A DNA stretch of 55,762 bases from a virus (Duplodnaviria > Caudoviricetes): the IMG/VR virus record IMGVR_UViG_3300012862_000041, positions 1 through 55,762 of that record. One strand, given 5' to 3'. The translations under genes were made by a program, and so were the position numbers. The stretch's first letter is position 1. Each line of letters begins with the position of its first letter. The notes beneath the pieces are model-generated. The model was not told where the DNA came from and did not search any database. It saw only the letters and a program-made list of their open reading frames with translations. Positions 35,601 through 44,451 of the stretch are shown one piece after another.

Positions 35601-35747
35601 GCCTATGTGACAGATCGGGCTGGGGCGGTCGTTGCACAAGCCTCGCCTGCAATCATGGCGGGCTCAGTGCGTCAAGCGAACAAATCAGCGCCATCGGCTT
35701 TGGCTCAGTTCCAAAGCCAGCGCGGCGGCTCGGACTATAGGACATAG
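32670..35747 (+). CDS. Tape measure protein
   Basis: 1025 aa, Ala-rich; QLAQGLGSG.L.GDELRSV.EN tape-measure domain; FAEGG...GEG..AEA.VPL C-terminus. Confidence 0.95.
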   Translation: MADKDDDLILQVAADTAAMRKAWTKVETEVTGLTASVNRKFRGLGQQIDRTFAGIGQNMMRNLTGPLAGIAGVMATREVMQYADAWTVAGNKLAAASEVAGMQARGLKELNEIANETRSGISETADLYAKLLRSTKGVAESELQVAKATEIVNKAFKAGGAAASEQAAGIMQLAQGLGSGTLMGDELRSVRENAPLLAQAIADYFKVSIAGLKDLGAEGKLTSEKIFKAILAAQPGVEAAFSRTNATIEDGITKVRNALTQYIGGADQSAGATAALNVGLNALADDFDKFADAGLKLAAVIAGALVGRSIMGMVASLGVAGKGVVGFLNILSGAARTAGTTAAAMTALGAAAGPLALIIGGGVAVAMQNMVAESAAAKSSIAQIDERMASLGLSSDAAAKRITEVAEATDELAKAEARRRVTQAEGNLNNLRDGTLADNWMSQFKGNDELVSLFTISNRAIIAAADRAASEADKAAYRLIQAYVDGIRAGQPIVGEALSEMIKIEADEDVTQEVVDLVTSVRNVLASFENQETSIKLDVDSTGIDYATVAAKTLRDELVQNVESYIAMREAMRWGADDQKWRSEAGALVALLRDSAISAEDAKRELDRLASANPRFEAHMPALANLINGLIQLAGEARAAKGALEAVGEANAAQQNHNTFLRADADSMKPVIAGQEWVREQERRNALTREQRDLEEEIVRVRKDMPEGSYVDPAEVERIAKANLAWKEANKSSGGGKSDAQSFKDRLEDERTSVALLIQEASVMATLNPLAQDYEATLEAWRMEQELLNEARKAGLADDPAVIAGIRETVEVWKQGTIAIQQLEIAQDAVRQSFEDLQSAGRSALDSIIDGFIEGRDAGEVFNSVLKDLAKNLLNIGLNLIGGGMKSGGFNLLSLFGFAEGGVAKNGRPIKTYSKGGVSKTAAIFGEGPMAEAAVPLPDGRRIPVDLRMPQMPSGSDQRPQPMALTVHVVSDDKKFSAYVTDRAGAVVAQASPAIMAGSVRQANKSAPSALAQFQSQRGGSDYRT

Positions 35748-35749
35748 GC

Positions 35750-36469
35750 ATGGCTGACATTCTCGAATGGCCTGCCGGGCTTCTGACGCCGCAGTCCAGC
35801 CCTTTTGATCATCGCCCGTTCTCTCGCACCGGAGGCCGCTCACTGGGCGGGCTACAGCGCAGCGTGCGGACTGATCGGGGCTGGTGGGTCGGAAGCTACC
35901 AGAACATCGTGTTCCGGCGCGGCAATTTCGATCAGCAGCGGACCTGGAATGCGCTGCGCGTGGCGCTCGGCGGGACAACGGGTCTAATCGCCGTTCCGGT
36001 CTGCTCGACCGCCTTATGGGCGCGCATGGGCATTGATTTCAGTGGTGAAGGCGTGCCGCACGACGATGACACGCCTTTTGATGACGGATCGCTTTACCAG
36101 CAAAACTCCGTCCTGATCGAGATGGCGAGCTTTGCGCCGATCAGCGCTACAGTGGTGACGCTTCGATTGGTTGATCACGACCTTCCGGGCAGTATCCGGT
36201 TTTCTTATCAGCATGCGATGTATGAAACCGGACGCATTCTGAGCCAACCAGGTCCAGGGCTCTATCAGGTGGAGATATTCCCAGCCATTCGGGCACCAAT
36301 CCCTGCCAATGCGTTGCTGGAAACGGACCAGCCGACCGTGCTTTGCCATCTGGCGGCAGATGGCGAAATGGATATCGATATGGGTGTCACGCGGACGCCG
36401 CGGCCCTCGGTGAACTTTGTCGAGGCCGTCGATCACTGGGTAGACCTTGCTCAGGGGTTGGTTACCTGA
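35750..36469 (+). CDS. Distal tail/tail tip protein
   Basis: Position directly after tape measure; WP..LL.P...SR.GG.SL.G. Confidence 0.65.
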   Translation: MADILEWPAGLLTPQSSPFDHRPFSRTGGRSLGGLQRSVRTDRGWWVGSYQNIVFRRGNFDQQRTWNALRVALGGTTGLIAVPVCSTALWARMGIDFSGEGVPHDDDTPFDDGSLYQQNSVLIEMASFAPISATVVTLRLVDHDLPGSIRFSYQHAMYETGRILSQPGPGLYQVEIFPAIRAPIPANALLETDQPTVLCHLAADGEMDIDMGVTRTPRPSVNFVEAVDHWVDLAQGLVT

Positions 36470-37038
36470 TGGCCGTCAAGTCGATCAAAATCCTCTGCCG
36501 AATGGACTTCCCGAGCAAGACTATACGGTTATATGACGGGGCTGGCCCCTACATGGATGCTGATGGCGAAATCTGGTCCGGCATGGTGCTCAATGATGGG
36601 CTCGACCAGATTGAAAGCGCACTGAATGGAGAAGCATCAACCCTGACGCTCTCGCTTTCTGGCGTTGCGCAGCAGGTGGCCGATCTCGCCTTTGACGATA
36701 TGGAGCAGGGCGAAGTCATCGGTAGCCGTGTTCAACTGCTCATTCAGGACTGCGATCAATACGACCAGCCAGTCGGAGCGCCGCAGGTTCGCTTTACCGG
36801 GACGGCTGACAATCTGTTGATCGACGACACTGTGGCCAATGATCAGGTGATTTCCACGGTCATGCTGGAATGCACCAATCGGTTTGATCTCCGGTCACTG
36901 GTGAATGGATCGGTTCTTTCAGATGTCGATCAGCAGGCTCGGTCGAAAGTGCTCAATCCCGGCGCTCCAGCGGATCGCTTCGCGGAGAGAGTGCCACGCC
37001 TGATCGACGCCACTGTCGTTTGGCCTCGCTACACCTAA
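36469..37038 (+). CDS. Tail tip protein
   Basis: TGATG coupling; RLYDG.G...G..W.G ... SD.DQ...P.DRF. Confidence 0.65.
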   Translation: MAVKSIKILCRMDFPSKTIRLYDGAGPYMDADGEIWSGMVLNDGLDQIESALNGEASTLTLSLSGVAQQVADLAFDDMEQGEVIGSRVQLLIQDCDQYDQPVGAPQVRFTGTADNLLIDDTVANDQVISTVMLECTNRFDLRSLVNGSVLSDVDQQARSKVLNPGAPADRFAERVPRLIDATVVWPRYT

Positions 37039-37047
37039 GGACTTCAC

Positions 37048-37197
37048 ATGAACCAATACCAGCTTAGCTGGGCCGTGTTTGTCGCGGTCCTGTGTCCCCT
37101 CTTTTTGCGCCAGCCTGCCGATCCGTTGTGGGTGACGGCTGCACAGGTCGCGCTTTGCTTCGGCATGGTCGCGCTGGCGAACAAGCAAGCCGCATAA
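37048..37197 (+). CDS. 49-aa membrane peptide (MNQYQLSWAVFVAVLCPLFLRQPADPLWVTAAQVALCFGMVALANKQAA)
   Basis: Own translation; TAAGGA RBS; fills the gap between tail genes. Confidence 0.5.
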   Translation: MNQYQLSWAVFVAVLCPLFLRQPADPLWVTAAQVALCFGMVALANKQAA

Positions 37198-37200
37198 ATC

Positions 37201-37722
37201 ATGAATTGGTCCAGACACGACACCCGCGCCTTGATCGAGGCTGCGGAAGATCGGCCGGCCATGTCCGCTTGGGCCGTTCGTGTGATCCGGCGACATCACG
37301 GCGAGGCCGGACTTGTCGAGCGGATGGCGCGTCTGGAATCGTTCGTCATGACCAGCTCGCCGCATGTGTGGGGGCAGTCAGATTGCTCGCTGGTCATTGC
37401 TGATTGGGTGGCGCTGAACGGCCACTCCGACCCCGGCGCTGATTGGCGCGGAACATACGATAGCGAAGCGTCATGCCGCGCGCTGCTGGAGCGCAGGGGC
37501 GGGCTTGTCGCCCATATTGGTGCATGTGCCTCGGAAGTCGGCCTTGTGCCTCTCCACGAGCCTGAATTTGGCTGCATCGCTGTTATCGGCTCGCCACACA
37601 ACGAGGCCCGTCAATGGGCTGCTATCTGGCAGGGCTTCCGCTGGCTGGTGAAGTGGGGTGATGAGCGCGGAGCGGCATGGACGCCCTTCATGGCCAAGCC
37701 TCTCGCCATGTGGCGCGTCTAG
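37201..37722 (+). CDS. NlpC/P60-like tail protein (DUF6950-like)
   Basis: WGQSDCSLVIADWV...G.DP...WRGTY...AMWRV. Confidence 0.75.
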   Translation: MNWSRHDTRALIEAAEDRPAMSAWAVRVIRRHHGEAGLVERMARLESFVMTSSPHVWGQSDCSLVIADWVALNGHSDPGADWRGTYDSEASCRALLERRGGLVAHIGACASEVGLVPLHEPEFGCIAVIGSPHNEARQWAAIWQGFRWLVKWGDERGAAWTPFMAKPLAMWRV

Positions 37723-37740
37723 TACAATCGGGACATCGAC

Positions 37741-39795
37741 ATGCCGCAAATGCTTGCGACGGCCCTTGTGCCGTGGCTTTCCAATGCCCTGATCGCAGTT
37801 GGCCTGCCAGGCCTTGCTTTTGGCGCGTCGATCGGTGCGATCGCGCTTGGTGCCTCTTATCTGCTGCTGGCAGGTGCTGCGTATCTCGTCTCCCAGGCTT
37901 TCGCCCCACCGTCTCCAGAAACCCCTAAGCCTGAGGACGGCAAATACAATCTCAAGCAGACCGTGCCGCCTCTGGTCTATGTGCTTGGCCGCAACAAGAA
38001 GGCCGGTGACTATGTGTTTCTCGAAGAGAAGGGCGGCACGGCGCATCACATAACTGTCTGGGCCGCTCATCATATCAAGGGCTTTGTGCAGCATTGGCTG
38101 CACGACGAGGCGGTAACGCTCAACGGTTCTGGCAATGTGACCGGGCCAAGCCATTTCGACCAGAAAGTGCGTATCCTTACGCGGCTTGGGCTGAATGCAG
38201 AAACGGCCTATTCGCAAGTCGTTTCGGCCTTTCCATCCATCTGGACCAATCAGCATCGGGGCGATGGCCTCGCTTCGGTCTATATGGCCGTGCAGTCGGT
38301 GAAGGCAGAAGACCTGCAGAAGACGTTCCCAAACCACATGCCGCAGCATTCTGCAGTTGGGGAGGGCCATGATCGACTGATTGACCCGCGCACCGGCACT
38401 CCCGGATATAGCGAGAACCTTGCCATATTTCGGTATTGGCATCTGACACACCCGGTCGGTGGAAAGCTGACCCGTGCCGAGATGCACGATCCTGATTGGC
38501 AGGTTGCCGCCAATGTTGCCGACCAGACCGTCACGAACCGCACCGGCAGTGCCGAGCCGCGCTATCATGGCGGTCTATGGTTCCGCGCCAACAACAACCC
38601 GGTCCAAGTCGGCAGGCTCATGGACCAAGCCGGGGAAATGGTTCTGTATGAAACCGCCGAAGGCCAGGTTGGTGTTCACGCGGGTCAATTTGTCGAACCG
38701 GATATTCGGCTCACGGCAAACGACATTATCAGCCTGAGCTATGACGCCAACAAGCGCCGGGCATCAACAGTGCTGGCCGTGCGCGGGCGCTATACCGACA
38801 TTGGCAATGGCTACAACACCGTAGATGCGGCTATCTATGGCGTGCCGTATCCGACTGACGACGAGCGCACCAAGGCCGTCGAGAACCAGGCGGTGCAGCG
38901 GCATAACCACATCTCTCGGCTCCAGAAGCTGGCTTATATCCGTGCCAATGCGCCGCGCGTCCGTGTCGTGGCGCATTATGAGCCCGCTCGTGAAGTGCCG
39001 TACCGCCGCTTTCTGCGGATCCATTATCCGCCGAAGCTGACAGAAGCCGTGATTGAGATCATCGGGCGCCCGACGCTCTCGCTGCGAAACCTGACCTATG
39101 AATTTGAGGGGATCGTGGTTCCCGCGAGCCTCTATGCTTTTAATGCTGCGACCGAGGAAGGACAGCCGGGCGCGAATGTTATTCCGGTTGAGCGTGAAGA
39201 TGTGCCTGTCCCGGTGGACTTTGAGGTCTCGATCCAGCGTGAAGACGTTGGTGGCGGCTCCATGGCAGCCTTTGGTGAGGCGTCGTTCACCTTCCAGAGC
39301 GAGACATTCCTCTATGAGCTCGAATGGCAAAAGACCTCCGGCGGCGAGATACAGAGCAGGCAGGGCATCGCTGGGGAAACCACAGTCCGTAGCCTCTACC
39401 TTGCTGATGGAGTGGAATACCGATTCCGGGCGAGAACATGGTCGGCCGGAACGCCGTCGGCATGGACTGGCTATCTGACGCGAACTGCAACGGCTGACGC
39501 GACCCCGCCGGGAATCGTAACAGCAGTGTCAGCAACTGGCGGGGCAGGGGCCGTCACCTTCAACTGGACCGCTCCAAATTCGGCCAACTATGTTGGTGCC
39601 CGGCTCTACCTCAACACCTCCAATACCATGACCGGCGCAACGCTGGTCGGCGTGGAATATGGGGCTCCAAATACGGTCGATGACCGCACGATCTCAGGAA
39701 TCCCGTCCGGCACAGTCTATGGATTTATCGCCTCGATAAATGGGTCTGGCATTCAAGCCACTCCGCAGCCGACCGGCGCGATCACCGTCACCTGA
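37741..39795 (+). CDS. Tail tip/host-specificity protein with C-terminal Fn3-like domains
   Basis: H.GDGLA, RY.GG, Y.FRAR..S, ADATPPG. Confidence 0.8.
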   Translation: MPQMLATALVPWLSNALIAVGLPGLAFGASIGAIALGASYLLLAGAAYLVSQAFAPPSPETPKPEDGKYNLKQTVPPLVYVLGRNKKAGDYVFLEEKGGTAHHITVWAAHHIKGFVQHWLHDEAVTLNGSGNVTGPSHFDQKVRILTRLGLNAETAYSQVVSAFPSIWTNQHRGDGLASVYMAVQSVKAEDLQKTFPNHMPQHSAVGEGHDRLIDPRTGTPGYSENLAIFRYWHLTHPVGGKLTRAEMHDPDWQVAANVADQTVTNRTGSAEPRYHGGLWFRANNNPVQVGRLMDQAGEMVLYETAEGQVGVHAGQFVEPDIRLTANDIISLSYDANKRRASTVLAVRGRYTDIGNGYNTVDAAIYGVPYPTDDERTKAVENQAVQRHNHISRLQKLAYIRANAPRVRVVAHYEPAREVPYRRFLRIHYPPKLTEAVIEIIGRPTLSLRNLTYEFEGIVVPASLYAFNAATEEGQPGANVIPVEREDVPVPVDFEVSIQREDVGGGSMAAFGEASFTFQSETFLYELEWQKTSGGEIQSRQGIAGETTVRSLYLADGVEYRFRARTWSAGTPSAWTGYLTRTATADATPPGIVTAVSATGGAGAVTFNWTAPNSANYVGARLYLNTSNTMTGATLVGVEYGAPNTVDDRTISGIPSGTVYGFIASINGSGIQATPQPTGAITVT

Positions 39796-39821
39796 CACCG
39801 CCAAACATCAATAAAACCCAG

Positions 39822-39849
39822 CCCTGCGCAATGCGCGGGGTTTTTCTTT
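39822..39849 (+). terminator. Intrinsic terminator
   Basis: CCCTGCGC-AAT-GCGCGGGG followed by TTTTTCTTT. Confidence 0.6.
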
Positions 39850-39862
39850 ATGGAGCACCGCA

Positions 39863-41932
39863 ATGGCGCTGACCCCGCGTTCTGTCTATCGCTATTACGA
39901 GGTTGATGGCGTTCCTTCATCCGGCAAACGCAGGCCAAAGAAGGCGGAGATTATCCAGCTTCTCGAGCAGATGCAGGGATCAGCAAGCGCTCCTGCAGTT
40001 GTTCGCCAAACGAGAGCCGAACTAGATGCTGTGACGCCAGCTTCAGAAACCTATGGCGGCATGGTTTTGAACGACCCCAACCCTGCCAACAACGGCTATT
40101 ATAGCCGCGATGGTGGAGTATGGGTGTTTGGGCGAGGCTTCCCTGATACCTTTGCGCGTGTGGTATTGTCAGGCTCTGGCACGGTTCAGACTGGCATTGT
40201 GCATGCTGGCGTCAATCCTGCATCCATCGAAGTGTTCTTCGCCAAGGTCGCCACGCCGAACACCGGAGTAATGACGCTCTCGATCTCAGGCGAAACACCC
40301 AAGCCTGTCGTGAACCTCGCTGGCAATCCTCTCTCTGCCGGAGAGTGGACCGGCATGGTGATGTTCTATCTGAACGATGACGGGCAGTATCAGCTTTTGA
40401 TCGATGCGGGAGCGGCTGCCAGTGCGGCGCAGAGCGCGAGCGAAGCCGCCGACCAGAAAGCCTACGCTGAGGAATGGGCACAGTCCGACGACCCGATCAG
40501 CGCCGAGGCAGGCGGTGACGGCTCGACCGACCGATCGGCGAAATATTGGGCCGGGCAGGCGGGCGGAATTGCGGTGCCAGACGGGTCGATCACTGCTGCT
40601 AAGTTGACAGACGATCCCTCTGGCCTTGAGGCTATCCAAGATAAGCTCGGGATTATGCCGAATGCATTTCCCGCAAGCATTGCCGAATTGCAGGGGCTGG
40701 ATGGGTCGGCGGTAGCCTGCGCTCGCTTGCTGGACAATCTTCGGTTCGGCGACTTTGTCTGGGATGCATCGGACGTCTCGGGCGAAGTCACGCTCGACCC
40801 TGAGCAGATCATCTGGGTCGCGCCGACATCCGATACGACAGGCGCAAGCGGCGCTTGGGTTCGCCAGTTCATTGGGGCGATCAACACGCGATGGGCCGGC
40901 GCTGTCGGCGACGCAGACAGGATGGCCGGAACTGGGACCGATGATGCTGGAGCAATTCAGGCCGCGCTCGATCTTGGGCGGGCCATGGGGCTGACGGTCG
41001 AGCATGAGCCGCTGTCCATCTGCGAGAGCGCTATCCGCGTCCGCAATCAGAAATTCATTGGGCTCCACGATAGTTCTGGCATCCTGATCAAAGGCGACCA
41101 CGACGGCATCGTTCTCACCGGCTTGGGCGACAGTTCAACCAACGACTACCGCACGCAGATCCGAGGGCTCGAAATCCGGGCTGACGGAACCCAAACTGCG
41201 GGTAAGGCCGGCATTCGCTGCGGGGACAAGACCCAGACCGGAGCGGATCGCATTTGCGCCCATTTCATTGTCGACAACATTAATTTCGTCACTCTCAACA
41301 ACAGCACAAACACTCTATCGGACGGCATCGTGTTCGAGCAGGACGGTAGTGATGCCTTCGCCTACATTGGCCAAATTGGCAACATTAACATTGTTCGATG
41401 GGCTCACCCATTTTACGGAATCCGACAGGTCAATAACATCGTCTTCAACGGATGGCGGCAGAGCCGATGCACGCGACCATTCAAGATCGGCGATGTAAAA
41501 GCCTGTGTTCTCATGGGATTTGAGAGTGGATCGAACGACCATCGTGCGATGGACATCCACGATTGCTACGGCTTCACGATCATCGAGCCCTACTGTGAGA
41601 ACAACGTGCGAGAGGATTTGCAGGTTGTCCCTTCAAAGTATGACATCCTGATCGACGCCCGCGTATCGGCAGGCGGCTACCAGGACGCGACGGTTGGAAG
41701 CCTCCGCATCATCGGCGGGTGGTTCACAAAGGGGTCTAACGGTAATTCGATCGCTGCAATCAGGTGGGCGCAAGGGCCTGGGGTAGTGGTCGATGGAGCC
41801 TATATCACTGACTATCCGACTTACAGCGTTCACGTTACGGACAGCGCCAACAACAAGGGGCGCATTCTCAACCTGAACACCTCTATCGCAACATCGATCG
41901 GCGCATCGGCCCAAGTTGTCGTCGGGTACTAA
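39863..41932 (+). CDS. Tailspike with pectate-lyase-like beta-helix (putative polysaccharide depolymerase)
   Basis: RWAGAVGD....TDDAGAIQAALD beta-helix entry motif, then Ile/Asn/Gly-rich rungs. Confidence 0.75.
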   Translation: MALTPRSVYRYYEVDGVPSSGKRRPKKAEIIQLLEQMQGSASAPAVVRQTRAELDAVTPASETYGGMVLNDPNPANNGYYSRDGGVWVFGRGFPDTFARVVLSGSGTVQTGIVHAGVNPASIEVFFAKVATPNTGVMTLSISGETPKPVVNLAGNPLSAGEWTGMVMFYLNDDGQYQLLIDAGAAASAAQSASEAADQKAYAEEWAQSDDPISAEAGGDGSTDRSAKYWAGQAGGIAVPDGSITAAKLTDDPSGLEAIQDKLGIMPNAFPASIAELQGLDGSAVACARLLDNLRFGDFVWDASDVSGEVTLDPEQIIWVAPTSDTTGASGAWVRQFIGAINTRWAGAVGDADRMAGTGTDDAGAIQAALDLGRAMGLTVEHEPLSICESAIRVRNQKFIGLHDSSGILIKGDHDGIVLTGLGDSSTNDYRTQIRGLEIRADGTQTAGKAGIRCGDKTQTGADRICAHFIVDNINFVTLNNSTNTLSDGIVFEQDGSDAFAYIGQIGNINIVRWAHPFYGIRQVNNIVFNGWRQSRCTRPFKIGDVKACVLMGFESGSNDHRAMDIHDCYGFTIIEPYCENNVREDLQVVPSKYDILIDARVSAGGYQDATVGSLRIIGGWFTKGSNGNSIAAIRWAQGPGVVVDGAYITDYPTYSVHVTDSANNKGRILNLNTSIATSIGASAQVVVGY

Positions 41933-41940
41933 GTGCGTGT

Positions 41941-42165
41941 CTACCGGAAATCGCAGTAGGCACCCAATTCCCTGCTGATCTCGGGTGAGAGCTGATAATC
42001 CATAGAAAGGTCATCAGAAAGGAGCCCCGCACCCAAACACTGACCGATTTCGTAGGGTGACACGAGTGATGGCGCGGCCATTGCGATGAGTTGCCAGATG
42101 GCGAATGCGGCGATGATTGCGATGCCGAGGCCGTGCTTGCGGATGATGCCAGAATAAGAGTTCAT
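41941..42165 (-). CDS. Small single-TM protein
   Basis: HGLGIAIIAAFAIWQLIAMA hydrophobic helix; divergent from the EpsG gene. Confidence 0.5.
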   Translation of the reverse strand: MNSYSGIIRKHGLGIAIIAAFAIWQLIAMAAPSLVSPYEIGQCLGAGLLSDDLSMDYQLSPEISRELGAYCDFR

Positions 42166-42266
42166 TCTCGACCCGTTTAGGTAGCAGCCAAGGTTGGCAC
42201 TAGCCCATATCTTGAAACTGCGCAATGTGATTGACGTCCAGAAGCGTTTCCCAGCAATGTAACGCC

Positions 42267-43505
42267 ATGCTGTTTTACGCCGGATTCGAGATATTTCTTT
42301 TTGCCTTTGCGGTTCTGGCGTGGAAGCTCGATGGCGATTGGCGTGCCGTTCTTCCGTCCCGCGTGGTAATATGGGTGGTGATCCTGTTCCGGTTCCAAAC
42401 CGGGTATGACTGGCCGTTCTACGAACAGCTTCACAATCATCTGGTCTATGCGCCCGACGAACCGTTCCGCAGGTTTGTGGAGCCGGGATTCTATGCGTTC
42501 AACTGGCTGATCGCACGAATGACCGATAACGTGATGCCCGTTTATTGGATCGTGTCGGCGTTCGTGCTTTTGTCGTTCACGCTCCTGGAGCGACTGTTTG
42601 ATAGGAAGTTCATCGGCCTGTTCTGGGCCGTGGTGGTCAACTTCCTGCTGTATTCGGTGTTCTTCTCGGTCGTGCGGCAGAGTGCATCTCTGGCGTTTGT
42701 GCTGATCGGCGTTTATCTGCTGACAAAGGGCAGGTGGAAAGCTGCGCTGCTGCCGTTCATTCTGGCCCCGCTATTCCACGTTTTTGGGGCCGCGTATGTC
42801 GGTCTGGCGCTGCTGGGATATGTAGTGGCCCGCTGGTCGGTGTGGAAGGCACTCGCGGCGTTTGTCGGACTTGCCATTCTCGGGCGCATTGCATGGCAGC
42901 TTGCCCCGTATCTGCCACCAATCGGCCCGATCTACCAGATCGCGCTTTACGTCCAACGCCCGCCCGCGCTCGATCCCGAAACGCTCTTCGTTTTTGTCTT
43001 GTGCGTTGGCGTTGTGGTTGCCCTCAACCTATCGCCGCGCATTAGCTTCAAGAGTTCGGTGCTGGCCAGCATTGCGACGGTGACAGCGATTGCGATGGTT
43101 GCTCTGATCGATGTGGAAGTAATTCGCAACCGGCTTCTCTATCTATTGGCTCCGTGCTCCATTGCGGCTGCATTCGCGTTGGAGCCGAAATTCAAGGTGC
43201 AATGGCCCGCCATAGCGGTTGCCGGTTTATCGGCTCTGAGCGCTGTCTACTACGTGACATGGCTCGGGCGGCAGACCAGCTTCATGCTGGTTCCGTATCA
43301 AAGCGCGCTGTTCATTGACGAGGATGAGGCCCTGGAAGTTCGCGCCAGGAGGCTGGAAAGCATGTGTGGTGCGAGAAGTGAGCGCGATGAGGGGGGTGAT
43401 ATTCCAGAAAAAGGAGACAGTGAAAGCATTGTTCCTGGTATCTGTGATGGGATCGAGCGGGGTCTTCCTAGTCCCGCCCGGCCCGCACCATCGCCATCAC
43501 AATGA
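42267..43505 (+). CDS. EpsG/Wzy-family polysaccharide polymerase
   Basis: FRFQTGYDW..Y, EPGFY, VRQS.SL, LFH, R.LY; roughly ten TM helices. Confidence 0.8.
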   Translation: MLFYAGFEIFLFAFAVLAWKLDGDWRAVLPSRVVIWVVILFRFQTGYDWPFYEQLHNHLVYAPDEPFRRFVEPGFYAFNWLIARMTDNVMPVYWIVSAFVLLSFTLLERLFDRKFIGLFWAVVVNFLLYSVFFSVVRQSASLAFVLIGVYLLTKGRWKAALLPFILAPLFHVFGAAYVGLALLGYVVARWSVWKALAAFVGLAILGRIAWQLAPYLPPIGPIYQIALYVQRPPALDPETLFVFVLCVGVVVALNLSPRISFKSSVLASIATVTAIAMVALIDVEVIRNRLLYLLAPCSIAAAFALEPKFKVQWPAIAVAGLSALSAVYYVTWLGRQTSFMLVPYQSALFIDEDEALEVRARRLESMCGARSERDEGGDIPEKGDSESIVPGICDGIERGLPSPARPAPSPSQ

Positions 43506-43575
43506 ACGCCAGTGTCCCGCCGAGCATCATTCCGACGCCAAGCCCAACCACAAAGCTGAATAGGTCCATCTGATC

Positions 43576-43830
43576 CTATACCTTTGATCGCCGCCAGCCA
43601 GCCGCGCGAGCCTCTGCCTCCGAGCAGAACCAGCGCTCGCCATGCGAAGACTGGATCACGGTGTCATTGTAATATTTCTGGCCGGGCACGTGGTAGATGC
43701 GCTCGCCTTTGGTACTCACATTGCCCTTGATGTTGCAGCCGCCAGATTGAGCCGCTGCGCCGCTAATACCAAGCACTGCTGTTACGGCTGCCGCGCTAAG
43801 CCATCCGGTCAGTATCATTTTCAGTTTCAT
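43576..43830 (-). CDS. Exported ExoI-C-terminal-like small protein
   Basis: Signal peptide; CNIKGNVS.KGERIYHVPGQKYY......GERWFCSEAEARAAGWR. Confidence 0.8.
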   Translation of the reverse strand: MKLKMILTGWLSAAAVTAVLGISGAAAQSGGCNIKGNVSTKGERIYHVPGQKYYNDTVIQSSHGERWFCSEAEARAAGWRRSKV

Positions 43831-43887
43831 GTGCTGTCCCCCAATTCGTCTCGCATTGGGCAGGACTTACTTCTCCACGTCAACTAC

Positions 43888-43973
43888 AGGAGGCCAATAT
43901 GGCCAATACCGGCAAGGTCTATAAGACCTGGCAGCAATTCCCCATGTCCGAGCGTTTGATCTTAGTCGAATAG
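43888..43973 (+). pseudogene. Truncated duplicate of endolysin 5' end
   Basis: AGGAGG + MANTGKVYKTWQQFPMSE, diverged direct repeat of 44441-44504 (MANTGKVFATWQHFPMSE); stop at 43971-43973. Confidence 0.8.
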
Positions 43974-43977
43974 AAAC

Positions 43978-44052
43978 TGGAGGCCCTGCCTTGGATTTGA
44001 ACCAAGGGTGCCGGGAGTTGCAATCCCGTGCGTAACGCTCCGCCACAGGGCC
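43978..44052 (-). tRNA. tRNA-Cys(GCA), atypical
   Basis: GGCCCTG/CAGGGCC acceptor, U73, CCA; anticodon stem CGGGA/TCCCG, loop TTGCAAC; T-loop TTCAAAT. Confidence 0.85.
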
Positions 44053-44145
44053 ATGGGTAGGATTAATACGCAGCGAAGGCTGACTGCTGCATCCCTCGTT
44101 TTGGGGATGAATTACGATTTGCTCGCCTTGCCACTGGTTGGACGA

Positions 44146-44379
44146 CTACCGATCGTTTCCAGGCTGGCCAAAGACGGTCTTTGAATACAACCTCACCATA
44201 TTTGGTGGCGAAGCTGGGGATTGCCAATAAACGCGCGCGACCAGGTGTTTGGGTTGCCCGCTTCGGAAAACGTCCATGCCCAGCACCTTTCGTCCGGCGT
44301 CTTCGGGCGATGATGCCTCGACCTTCTGCTCGGGCGTTATGAGGTCGGTGCGCAGATCAATAACGCGAAACTCAGCCAT
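44146..44379 (-). CDS. Small hypothetical protein (MAEFRVIDLR...LVARVYWQ...MVRLY)
   Basis: AGGAG RBS; lies upstream of tRNA-Cys on the same strand. Confidence 0.65.
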   Translation of the reverse strand: MAEFRVIDLRTDLITPEQKVEASSPEDAGRKVLGMDVFRSGQPKHLVARVYWQSPASPPNMVRLYSKTVFGQPGNDR

Positions 44380-44451
44380 GCCTTGCTCTCCTTGAGAGGG
44401 GACTATGGGCGGCTGGTCTTTACATTTCTTCAACATCGATAGGAGGCCAGC

